A DNA stretch of 64,000 nt, from assembly GCA_002422205.1 (NCBI GenBank), contig DITS01000009.1, positions 124,769 to 188,768 of the forward strand, read 5' to 3'. A program made the position numbers and the translations under genes. Positions 55,901 through 64,000 of the stretch are shown piece after piece. The stretch comes from Alphaproteobacteria bacterium UBA6178 (lineage in GTDB: Bacteria; Pseudomonadota; Alphaproteobacteria; Rickettsiales; UBA3002). Position 1 is the stretch's first letter. Every line of letters starts with the position of its first letter. Below the pieces are notes generated by a model. The model saw nothing but the letters and a program-made list of their open reading frames with translations, had not been told where the DNA came from and searched no databases.

Positions 55901-56662
55901 ATGGTGGCGGGGCGGGCGTTTCACTCGCGCTTGCTGGTAGGCACGGGCAAATATAAAGACTTCGTCGAGACCAAGCTGGCCATTGAAGCCAGCGGCGCCG
56001 AGATTGTTACGGTGGCGGTTCGGCGTACGAATTTGGCGGCGCCCAAGGGGGAGCGGTTGCAGGACGCGATTGATCCGGCGGTTTATACCTATTTGCCGAA
56101 TACGGCGGGGTGTTACAGTGCCGATGAGGCGGTGCGCACGTTGCGGCTGGCGCGTGAGCTGGGCGGATGGACGCTGGTGAAGCTGGAGGTGATCGGCGAT
56201 AAGGTGAGCCTGTATCCCGATGTGGTGGCTACGCTGGAGGCGGCACAAATACTGGTGGCGGAAGGGTTTGAGGTGATGGCGTATAGCAATGACGACCCGC
56301 TGATAGCGAAAAAGCTGGAGGATGCGGGCTGCGTGGCGGTGATGCCGCTGGCAGCGCCGATTGGTTCCGGTCTTGGCATTCAGAACCCGCTGAATATTGA
56401 GATGATTTGTCAGTCGCTATCGGTGCCGGTGCTGGTGGATGCGGGGGTGGGCACGGCGTCGGATGCGGCGATTGCGATGGAGCTGGGCTGCGATGGGGTG
56501 CTGATGAATACCGCGATTGCCGAGGCGCAGCACCCTGTGCTGATGGCGGAAGCGATGAAGCTGGCGGTGCAGGCGGGGCGCAAAGCCTATTTAGCCGGGC
56601 GGATGCCCAAGCGGCGCGTGGCCAGCGCCAGCTCGCCGCAGACGGGGATGATTGAAGGGTGA
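55901..56662 (+). CDS. thiG: Thiazole synthase
   Basis: [19 protein letters not shown] and [11 protein letters not shown] motifs. The start is uncertain: 55901 lies after the thiS stop, and 55841 is also possible. Confidence 0.9.
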   Translation: MVAGRAFHSRLLVGTGKYKDFVETKLAIEASGAEIVTVAVRRTNLAAPKGERLQDAIDPAVYTYLPNTAGCYSADEAVRTLRLARELGGWTLVKLEVIGDKVSLYPDVVATLEAAQILVAEGFEVMAYSNDDPLIAKKLEDAGCVAVMPLAAPIGSGLGIQNPLNIEMICQSLSVPVLVDAGVGTASDAAIAMELGCDGVLMNTAIAEAQHPVLMAEAMKLAVQAGRKAYLAGRMPKRRVASASSPQTGMIEG

Positions 56663-56682
56663 CGCGATGAAGAGCGAAGTGA

Positions 56683-57438
56683 TTAAAAATACATCATTGG
56701 GTTACAGTTTTTGCCCGTGAACGCGAAATTATATTCGGCGGCTAGATCAGCCGGCCCTGCTGGCTGGTTGGCACGAGTGGTTAAAGGGATTGCCGCGCTT
56801 CCTTTAAAAGCCATCATTATGCCGGTAGCGGGTTTGCCATCATCCAGCTTGGTATCGACATTCCAGCATTCCTCCGATGTTAGTACATTGCCTGTAAACC
56901 TAAGCATATGACCAGCGGAATAAGCAAAATTGGTTAGCGATCCGCTGCTGGCGCTTTGCCATGTGATGAGCCAAAATCCGTTGGGCATTTTTGACGCGGG
57001 CATATTGATGCCAGCGACATAAGCGGATGCTCCGCCAGATAAGGTGGCGTTGGCTCCGGTATATTGGCCCTCGATCAGGCCAGCATTGGCCAGATGCTGC
57101 CATACGCGGTAAGGTTCAGAGAAATTGGGTGCGATACCTAAGATTTGCCCATCTCCATTGCCATTGCAGGTTTCGGTACCGGCGGAGGGAGTGGTTTCGC
57201 AGGTGGCCTGGTCGGCGTCGGCTGCGCCCCAGAAATCAGTGGCTTTGGTGAAGTCGCCGGGAAGCGCGAAATATTTATCGCGGAAGGTGTAGATGGCAGC
57301 GCTATAGCGCTGAAACTCGGTGCTGACAGAGCGGATTTCGGCAGCGCGGATGAGGCTTTGACCGGAGAGAATACCGCCGGTGAGCAGGCCTAAGATGACG
57401 AGTACGATGGATAGTTCGACTAGTGAAAAGCCTTGCAT
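56683..57438 (-). CDS. Prepilin-type N-terminal cleavage/methylation domain protein, paralogue 1
   Basis: MQ-G/FSLVELSIVLVILGLL (G-1, F+1, E+5) and about 225-aa C-terminal domain with conserved Cys and CNGNGDGQI. An SD (GGGGAGAA) precedes the ATG. Confidence 0.8.
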   Translation of the reverse strand: MQGFSLVELSIVLVILGLLTGGILSGQSLIRAAEIRSVSTEFQRYSAAIYTFRDKYFALPGDFTKATDFWGAADADQATCETTPSAGTETCNGNGDGQILGIAPNFSEPYRVWQHLANAGLIEGQYTGANATLSGGASAYVAGINMPASKMPNGFWLITWQSASSGSLTNFAYSAGHMLRFTGNVLTSEECWNVDTKLDDGKPATGIMMAFKGSAAIPLTTRANQPAGPADLAAEYNFAFTGKNCNPMMYF

Positions 57439-57579
57439 GAATAGTTTCTCCCCGAATTATTCATAATGTCTGTAATGTTATTCCTATCAACGAGATAGGC
57501 TGTTTAGTGTAGCATAAATATGCATCTTTTAAAAGTTAGAAGCAGATGTTCAATCTCATAGCATCATAAGCGTAAAAAG

Positions 57580-58332
57580 TTATAAAGACGCATGAATGCT
57601 GCACACTTTACTCGTGGTGGCGAAATTATACTCAGCATCCAAATCGGCTGGTCCAGCAGGCTGACCAAAACGTGTTGTGTTGGGTTGTGCCGCACTTCCC
57701 TTATTCGCCCTTACTTTGCCAGTTGGTGGCTTCCCATCATCAAGTTTGGTGTCGATATTCCAACATTCTTCAGGGGTCAGTGCGTTGGCGAGTATTGTTA
57801 GTGCGTTGCGTGCGGATTGCGCAAAGCTAGATGTCGTTCCTGTACTAGCGTCAATCCATGTCAATAACATTGTGCTGCCTATTTTTGTAGTGGGAGTATT
57901 CACTCCAGCGACATAAGGAGTGGCGTGGCCGGATAAAGTAGCAGCCGCTCCTGTAAATTGTCCTTCGATCAGGCCCGCATTAGCCAGATGCTGCCATGAG
58001 CGGTGTCGTTCATGGAAATTAGGCGCAGCGCCTAAGATTTGTCCATCTCCATTGCCATTGCAGGTCTCAGAACCGGTGGAGGGGGTGGTTTCACAGGTGG
58101 CTTGGTCAGCATCGGCCGCGCCCCAGAAATCGGTGGCTTTGGTGAAGTCGCCGGGAAGCGCGAAATATTTATCGCGGAAGGTGTAGATGGCAGCGCTGTA
58201 GCGTTGGTAATCGGTGCTGACAGAGCGGATTTCGGCAGCGCGGATGAGGCTTTGGCCGGAGAGAATACCGCCGGTGAGCAGGCCTAAGATGACGAGTACG
58301 ATGGATAGTTCGACTAACGAAAAGCCTTGCAT
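57580..58332 (-). CDS. Prepilin-type N-terminal domain protein, paralogue 2
   Basis: The 5' half and the upstream flank are nearly identical to paralogue 1. The C-terminal half diverges. Confidence 0.8.
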   Translation of the reverse strand: MQGFSLVELSIVLVILGLLTGGILSGQSLIRAAEIRSVSTDYQRYSAAIYTFRDKYFALPGDFTKATDFWGAADADQATCETTPSTGSETCNGNGDGQILGAAPNFHERHRSWQHLANAGLIEGQFTGAAATLSGHATPYVAGVNTPTTKIGSTMLLTWIDASTGTTSSFAQSARNALTILANALTPEECWNIDTKLDDGKPPTGKVRANKGSAAQPNTTRFGQPAGPADLDAEYNFATTSKVCSIHASL

Positions 58333-58450
58333 GAATAGTTTCTCCCCTCATTATTCATAATGTCTGTAAATGTTGTTCCTATCAACGGGATAGCTGTTTA
58401 GTGTAGCATAAATATGCCCTTTATAAAAGGCTTTCTAATCTGGGCTAAGC

Positions 58451-58499
58451 AGCGTGGGGCCAGCGGCAGCTCGCCGCAGACGGGGATGATTGAGGGGTG
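58451..58499 (+). repeat. Duplicated copy of the last about 47 nt of thiG
   Basis: gcgtggggccagcggcagctcgccgcagacggggatgattgaggggtga compared with 56616-56662. Confidence 0.85.
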
Positions 58500-58614
58500 A
58501 GGGAAGCGGTCGCCCGTAGGGCGGAGTGACCGAACATTAAAAACCAAGTAGAAGAAGATTCCCGACACTCGCGGTGCTCGGTCGAGAATGACAACAGTGA
58601 GGGAAGCGGTCGCC
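58496..58614. repeat. Small inserted element: 19-bp direct repeats (gtgagggaagcggtcgccc) exactly 100 bp apart, with internal palindromes
   Basis: The repeats are at 58496-58514 and 58596-58614. This segment is absent from the parental thiG-pilin junction (56663-56678). Confidence 0.7.
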
Positions 58615-58646
58615 CTTTACATTGTCATTATGCGGGACATGTGTGA

Positions 58647-59423
58647 TTAAAAATACATCATTGGGTTACAGTTTTTGCTCGTAAACGCGAAATTATATTC
58701 GGCGGCTAAATCATCTGGCCCTGCTGGCTGATTGGCGCGGGTGGTTACGGGGATTGCGGCACTTCCTTTAATCGCCATCATTTTACCGGTTGCGGGTTTG
58801 CCATCATCCAGCTTGGTATCGACATTCCAGCATTCTTCTGGTGTCATCACACCACCGGTAATACGGAGCACATGACCAGCGGAATGAGCAAAATTGGTTA
58901 ATGATCCGCTGGAGGCGGGTTGCCATGTAGTGAGCCAAAACCCGTTCGGTATTTTGGACGCGGGCATATTGATACCGGCGACATAAGCGGATGCTCCGCC
59001 CGACAGGGTGGCATCGGCTCCCGTATAGTGACCCTCGATCAGGCCCGCATTTGCCAGATGCTGCCATGCGCGGTGAGGTTCAGAGAAATTGGGCGCAAGG
59101 CCAGTGATCTGCCCATCTCCATTACCATTACAGGTCTCAGAACCGGTAGAGGGGGTGGTTTCGCAGGTAGATTGGTCAGCATCGGCTTCGCCCCAGAAAT
59201 CGGTGGCCCGGTTAAAATCGCCGGGGACGGCGAAATATTTGTCGCGGAAGGTGTACATGGCGGCAGTGTAGCGCTGAAACTCCGTGCTGGCGGCGCGAAC
59301 TTCCGCTGCGCGGATGAGGCTTTGGCCGGACAGGATGCCACCGGTGAGCAAGCCCAAGATGACGAGTACGATGGATAGTTCGACTAACGAAAAGCCGTGC
59401 TGAGCGATGTCTTTTTTGTGCAT
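58647..59423 (-). CDS. Prepilin-type N-terminal domain protein, paralogue 3
   Basis: MHKKDIAQH-G/FSLVE leader. The C-terminal half and the 3' flank are nearly identical to paralogue 1. Confidence 0.8.
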   Translation of the reverse strand: MHKKDIAQHGFSLVELSIVLVILGLLTGGILSGQSLIRAAEVRAASTEFQRYTAAMYTFRDKYFAVPGDFNRATDFWGEADADQSTCETTPSTGSETCNGNGDGQITGLAPNFSEPHRAWQHLANAGLIEGHYTGADATLSGGASAYVAGINMPASKIPNGFWLTTWQPASSGSLTNFAHSAGHVLRITGGVMTPEECWNVDTKLDDGKPATGKMMAIKGSAAIPVTTRANQPAGPDDLAAEYNFAFTSKNCNPMMYF

Positions 59424-59633
59424 AATTTATTATACTAAATCTGACCGTCTATTGCTAGTGATAATGGATGAATCTGGGCTGTTATACGTGGGTTGTCTTT
59501 TGAAGGGCAGATTGTTTGTTGCAAGGCGCTGTGACAGAGCCTTAAAAGACAAACGTTAACAAAACCTTTATAAAATTGCTTTGTGATGGGAGGGGTTTGT
59601 GGCATACTCCGGCGCTATAGAGGAGTGGCCAGC

Positions 59634-60095
59634 ATGGCATTCAGGCGGCAGAAGCAGGAAAAATTATATCTGGATGAGGCGCCGGAGCCGCGTCGGCGGC
59701 CTGCTGCGAGCTATCCGGTGGCGCCGAGTCAGGCGCCGTCGCTGGAATATGCCGCGCCGAGCATGCAGCCGCCGCCGCTTACGCCTCCGGTTGCTAATTT
59801 GCCGATGATATTACCGCAGGATTCGGACCGGCATTCGCCGTGGCGGCGCGATGTGCGCTTTGCGGTGCTGCTGGTGGCCGTGGTATTGGGATTGAATCTG
59901 GGGCTGTATTATGTGTTTAATCATCCGCTGGGTAGCGCGCCGGAGCGTATGACGATGGCGCTGGAGCAAACTGGCTATGATTATAAAACGCTGAGTCTGG
60001 AAGAGCGGGTGCTGACCTATAGCAATGTGCCTTCGCAGGGCATGGCGATTCCACATACGCCGCGACCGGCGCTGTATCCGAGTGTGGCGAAATAA
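59634..60095 (+). CDS. Pro-rich single-pass membrane protein
   Basis: Start at MAFRRQKQ, preceded by GAGGAG. Pro-rich N-terminal part, then one TM segment (FAVLLVAVVLGLNLGLYYV). Confidence 0.5.
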   Translation: MAFRRQKQEKLYLDEAPEPRRRPAASYPVAPSQAPSLEYAAPSMQPPPLTPPVANLPMILPQDSDRHSPWRRDVRFAVLLVAVVLGLNLGLYYVFNHPLGSAPERMTMALEQTGYDYKTLSLEERVLTYSNVPSQGMAIPHTPRPALYPSVAK

Positions 60096-60100
60096 TTTTT

Positions 60101-60715
60101 ATGGCACTGCCGATCGTGCATTTGCAAAATATACCCATCGCGTTGGCGCAGGATATGGTGCGTTTTGCACAGCTGCATGCGATTGAAGCGCTGATTGATG
60201 CACCGGAGTCTGCGGGTGCGATTACGGTGATGCCGGTGCAGGCATGGGGGGAACACAAATCGCAAACGACGCAGGCTGCGGGGCTGATTCTATTGGGCGC
60301 AGGCGAGCTGCCTGAGCTGCCGATTCCGGTGCTGCAGCTGACGTTACCCGTGGCATTACCCGCATGGCTGTCTGCGGTGCGCCGTTGCATGGCGGCTGCG
60401 CAAGCGGCGGATGTGATGTTGGACGAGGGGTGGATATTTTCCCTTTCGCAGCGGCATTTGCAGCATGATGAACAGATTATCAGCCTGACGGACAAGGAAG
60501 CAGAGTTGCTGGCGGTGCTGCTTGGCACTGCGCCGGAGGCGGTTGCCAAGGAGCGGCTGCTGGCATTGGTGTGGGGCTATGGTGCCGGCGTGGATACGCA
60601 CACGTTAGAGACGCATATCTACCGCTTGCGCGGAAAGCTTGCGCAGCTGGGGGCAGCTGCTGCAGAGATATTGACATCGGCGGATGGCTATAGTTTGCTG
60701 CGGCGACACTCGTAA
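60101..60715 (+). CDS. OmpR/PhoB-type winged-helix DNA-binding protein with a degenerate N-terminal domain
   Basis: The C-terminus, LTDKEAELLAVLL...RLLALVWGYGAGVDTHTLETHIYRLRGKL, is a trans_reg_C pattern. I could not identify a receiver acidic pocket. Confidence 0.65.
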   Translation: MALPIVHLQNIPIALAQDMVRFAQLHAIEALIDAPESAGAITVMPVQAWGEHKSQTTQAAGLILLGAGELPELPIPVLQLTLPVALPAWLSAVRRCMAAAQAADVMLDEGWIFSLSQRHLQHDEQIISLTDKEAELLAVLLGTAPEAVAKERLLALVWGYGAGVDTHTLETHIYRLRGKLAQLGAAAAEILTSADGYSLLRRHS

Positions 60716-60744
60716 CACTCAAAAAATGATCGGGAGGATTTATC

Positions 60745-61239
60745 ATGCGCGGGATCGTATGGCTGATGGTATTATTGATAGCTGGCGGCGTGGCGAGCGC
60801 GGCGCAGGCGCAGATGCTGCAAGATAGTTTTGGTGCATGGCGGGTGTTTATGGCGGAAAAGGGTGGCAATATGACTTGCTATATCGCCAGTGTGCCGACC
60901 AAGCAGGAAGGCAATTTCACCGCGCGCTCAGAGCCTTATTTATTGGTGACGCATAAATCGCCGACGCAGGATGAGGTGAGTGTATCATCGGGTTATCGCT
61001 ATCAAAACAATAGCGAACTGGAATTGCGCTTTGGTCAGCGCGTGCATAAATTATTTGTGAAAGAGGAGCTGGCATGGGCCTATGACGCGGCGGCGGACAA
61101 GGTGCTGGTGAAAGAAATGATTCGCGGTGCCAATATGGTAGCTAAAGGGACATCATGGAAGGGCACGCATTCGGTGGATACCTATTCGCTCAATGGGTTT
61201 ACAGCGGCGCACCGGCGGATGAAACAACTGTGTAAATAG
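60745..61239 (+). CDS. Invasion-associated locus B (IalB)-family periplasmic protein
   Basis: Signal peptide, FGAWRV...C pattern, and a size and position upstream of rlmN typical for alphaproteobacterial IalB-like genes. Confidence 0.7.
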   Translation: MRGIVWLMVLLIAGGVASAAQAQMLQDSFGAWRVFMAEKGGNMTCYIASVPTKQEGNFTARSEPYLLVTHKSPTQDEVSVSSGYRYQNNSELELRFGQRVHKLFVKEELAWAYDAAADKVLVKEMIRGANMVAKGTSWKGTHSVDTYSLNGFTAAHRRMKQLCK

Positions 61240-61329
61240 CTCGATTTTTAGACGATTTATAATGATTTATATTACGTTTGTCAGCAGAAACGCTGGTGAA
61301 TTCCATATTTATTTGATAGAATAATTTTA

Positions 61330-62094
61330 ATGCGTGCTGGATTTACACTTGTCGAATTAGCGATTGTACTGGTTATCCTAGGGTTGATAACCGGTGGTAT
61401 TCTATCGGGTAAAAGCCTTATCCGGGCGTCGCAGGTTCGATCAATATCGACAGATTTCTCACGGTATGATATGGCAGTGAATGGCTTTGTTGATCAATAT
61501 GCGGCGTTGCCTGGGGATATGAGTGATGCAACGGAGTTTTGGACTGCCGCACATGGGACGCATGCAACTTGCGTGATTACCCCTGCAGTAGGCACCGAAA
61601 CGTGCAATGGCGATGGTAACGGGTTTGTGAGTGGCGCTGCTGTTACGCTTTATAATGAACAGGACCGATTTTGGCAGCATTTAGCTAATGCCGGATTGAT
61701 CGAGGGGAAATATACCGGTGCGAACGCGACCTATTCTGGGCATAGCACGGCCTTTGTGGCAGGTGTAAATATGCCCGCGCTTAAAATTGATGCTACCGGT
61801 TTCTGGATTGCGGCAGCGGTGACTGCTTTTAGTGGTTCAACATCGATATTTGCGTATCCTGCAGGTAATATGTTACGCATTACCAGTAATATTACACCGA
61901 AAGAATGTTGGAATATTGATAATAAAATTGATGATGGCAGGCCGGCTACCGGCTATATGATGTCGAATAAAGGCACCGCGGCTAGCCCGACTACAACCGT
62001 TGCAGGCCAGCCCACCTCGGAGGATCATAATGCAGCATATAATCTGGCGGTTAACAGCGCTATTTGTAACCCACGCTTTTTGGGCATGTGGTAA
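61330..62094 (+). CDS. Prepilin-type N-terminal domain protein, paralogue 4
   Basis: MRA-G/FTLVELAIVLVILGLITGG. Conserved ETCNGDGNGFV, WQHLANAGLIEGKYTG and ECWNIDNKIDDGRPATG. Confidence 0.8.
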   Translation: MRAGFTLVELAIVLVILGLITGGILSGKSLIRASQVRSISTDFSRYDMAVNGFVDQYAALPGDMSDATEFWTAAHGTHATCVITPAVGTETCNGDGNGFVSGAAVTLYNEQDRFWQHLANAGLIEGKYTGANATYSGHSTAFVAGVNMPALKIDATGFWIAAAVTAFSGSTSIFAYPAGNMLRITSNITPKECWNIDNKIDDGRPATGYMMSNKGTAASPTTTVAGQPTSEDHNAAYNLAVNSAICNPRFLGMW

Positions 62095-62168
62095 TCGCTA
62101 ATTGATGGGATAAGCCTTGCTTTTCAGTGGTTTTTGAGGCAGATTGCGCGCCACTTTACGAGAGCGGA

Positions 62169-63329
62169 ATGACACAAGCATTGATTATGAAAGAGGCCGA
62201 GCAGGCCGAACCACTGCAGGTGGTAAATCGGCGCGCCAATCTGCTGGGCATGAACCGTGCAGACATGACCGAGGCGATGGCGGCGCTTGGCATTAAGCCG
62301 TTTCGCGCCAAGCAAGTATGGAACTGGATTTACCGTAATGGCATTACCGATTTTGCATCGATGAGCAATATTGGCAAAGAAATGCAAGCCTTGCTGGAAC
62401 AGCATTTTTTTATGGCGCGGGCGCGGATTGACAAAGACCTTGTGTCGTTTGATGGCACGCGTAAATGGTTGCTTGAATTCTCGGACGGGCAAAAGGTTGA
62501 GACGGTGTTTATCCCTGAGGGTAATCGCGGGACGTTGTGTATTTCGTCGCAGGTGGGCTGCACATTAGCATGCACCTTCTGCCATACCGGTACGCAGCGG
62601 CTGGTGCGTAATCTGGTGGCGGGGGAGATTGTTGATCAGGTGCTGGTAGCGATGGATGCGCTGGGCGGCTGGCAGCAAGGGCCGCGCGGCGCTAAGCGTG
62701 ATGAGGATGACAGCCAGCAACGCATTACCAATATTGTGTTTATGGGTATGGGTGAGCCGATGTTTAATTATGCGCATGTGGCGCGTGCCTGTGAGATATT
62801 GATTGACGAGCAGGGGTTGCAATTATCGCGGCGGAAGGTGACGATTTCGACCTCGGGCGTGGTGCCGCGCATCCGGCAGATGGCGGATGAGCTGGGGGTG
62901 AATCTGGCGATTTCGCTGCATGGGGTGCGCGACGAGCTGCGCGACGAAATTGTGCCGATTAACCGCAAATACAAAATGGATGCGTTGATGGAGTCGCTGC
63001 ATTATTACGCCAGCAAGCACCCTACGCGTAGCATTTTGATTGAATATGTGATGTTGAAGGATGTGAATGACTCGGATGCGGATGCGCATATTTTAGCGGA
63101 TTTACTGGAAGGGTTGAATGTGAAGGTGAATCTGATTCCGTTTAATCCGTGGCCGGGCTCGCCTTATGTGTGCTCGTCGAATAACCGCATTCATGCCTTT
63201 GGCAATATTCTGATCCGGCGCAAAATTCCCTGCCCGATTCGCACCACGCGCGGGGCGGATATTTTAGCGGCTTGCGGCCAGCTCAAATCGGATTCGGAGC
63301 TGAAAAAGGGGCAGAAAGTGGCGCTGTAG
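62169..63329 (+). CDS. rlmN: 23S rRNA/tRNA (adenine-C2)-methyltransferase RlmN (radical SAM)
   Basis: Start at MTQALIM. FRAKQVWNWIY, radical-SAM CTLACTFCHTG, GMGEP, and a C-terminal ACGQL. Confidence 0.93.
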   Translation: MTQALIMKEAEQAEPLQVVNRRANLLGMNRADMTEAMAALGIKPFRAKQVWNWIYRNGITDFASMSNIGKEMQALLEQHFFMARARIDKDLVSFDGTRKWLLEFSDGQKVETVFIPEGNRGTLCISSQVGCTLACTFCHTGTQRLVRNLVAGEIVDQVLVAMDALGGWQQGPRGAKRDEDDSQQRITNIVFMGMGEPMFNYAHVARACEILIDEQGLQLSRRKVTISTSGVVPRIRQMADELGVNLAISLHGVRDELRDEIVPINRKYKMDALMESLHYYASKHPTRSILIEYVMLKDVNDSDADAHILADLLEGLNVKVNLIPFNPWPGSPYVCSSNNRIHAFGNILIRRKIPCPIRTTRGADILAACGQLKSDSELKKGQKVAL

Positions 63330-63421
63330 GTGCATGTTCATCTGGATAAGGCGGCACTTATAAGAATGAGATCTAAGCTAGATATTTGGCGCAAAATTTG
63401 TTAATATTATGATATATGCAC

Positions 63422-64000
63422 ATGGGCTTTTCACTTGTTGAGCTGTCGATTGTTCTGGTGATTCTGGGGCTGCTTACTGGGGGTATTTTGTCGGGGCAGT
63501 CATTGATTCGGGCGGCGGAGTTGCGCTCTGTCTCGACAGACTATCAGCGCTATGTAGCGGCGACTTATGCATTTCGGGACCGATATTTTGCCATGCCGGG
63601 TGACTTTGCCAGAGCGACGGATTTTTGGGGGATCGCTGGTGGGACTGGTGCCGATGTTACTTGCCGGGAAACGATTAGTACGGGCCGTGAAACCTGTAAT
63701 GGTGACGGCGATGGCTGGATTCGGGGCGATTTACCCCATGAGAATGAGATACTACGGTTTTGGCAGCATTTGGCTAATGCGGGGCTGATTGAAGGGCAGT
63801 TTAAAGGGGTGCAAGGTACGGTATTAGGTTATGCTGGTATGTATGCTCCGGGAGAAAATATACCTATGTCCAAGATCAGTGGTGCCTCATGGGCTGCATA
63901 TTATGTCGCTGCTTCGGCGGGTACGACGACTAACTTTATCTTCCCTGCCTCTAATTGGTTGATTCTGCGAGGCAATCAGCTGACGCCGGAAGAATGCTGG
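63422..64000 (+). CDS. Prepilin-type N-terminal domain protein, paralogue 5 (3' end outside window)
   Basis: Translated by hand: M-G/FSLVELSIVLVILGLLTGG...ETCNGDGDGWI...WQHLANAGLIEGQFKG...PEECW. The frame is open to the window end, so it is not in the ORF track. Confidence 0.8.
   Translation, partial: MGFSLVELSIVLVILGLLTGGILSGQSLIRAAELRSVSTDYQRYVAATYAFRDRYFAMPGDFARATDFWGIAGGTGADVTCRETISTGRETCNGDGDGWIRGDLPHENEILRFWQHLANAGLIEGQFKGVQGTVLGYAGMYAPGENIPMSKISGASWAAYYVAASAGTTTNFIFPASNWLILRGNQLTPEECW

Noticed and set aside
1-64000. IS elements or transposases, rRNA genes, and additional tRNAs.
   Set aside because: None of the ORF translations resembles a transposase family I recognise. No rRNA-like conserved stretches or further cloverleaf candidates were seen in the intergenic regions I inspected. 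A tRNAscan or Infernal run would be needed to be definitive.

Overview
The window is chromosomal, and its core gene order looks alphaproteobacterial: alaC-hom-glpX-recJ, exoD, cobD, ndk, purN-purM, DUF2066-perM-hdaA, sixA, ppk1-ppx, aat-GDPD-aroQ, thiS-thiG and ialB-rlmN. No rRNA, CRISPR array or transposase was recognised. A large accessory block starts at a tRNA-Glu(UUC) gene (7126-7200).

**Island 1 (about 7.2-23.7 kb).** It opens with a P4-type integrase and carries an AlpA-like regulator and a second tyrosine recombinase. A six-gene, translationally coupled type I R-M operon (HTH-hsdM-fic-hsdS-prrC-like-hsdR) follows, then an Mrr-type endonuclease and a dGTPase-family HD hydrolase.

**Island 2 (from 23702).** The tRNA 3' end, the integrase leader and the first about 21 integrase codons are repeated here, opening a second, decayed island. 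It holds an integrase stub, a mod 3' fragment, a truncated type III res and a 10-residue dGTPase scar. On the minus strand is an intact four-gene operon that I do not recognise as a named system: a tandem classical AAA+ ATPase, a PD-(D/E)XK nuclease, an unknown protein and an HTH-WYL regulator. It is followed by an HhH-GPD-like gene broken by one in-frame stop.

**30.6-39.9 kb.** This stretch holds ORFan, effector-like genes. They are organised around a repeated divergent promoter cassette, and two minus-strand genes share an identical 29-residue N-terminus.

**56.7-64.0 kb.** Five mosaic paralogues of a prepilin-type (GFSLVE) protein lie here, together with a segmental duplication of the thiG 3' end.

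All calls rest on reading the translations and the DNA by eye. No database search was run.
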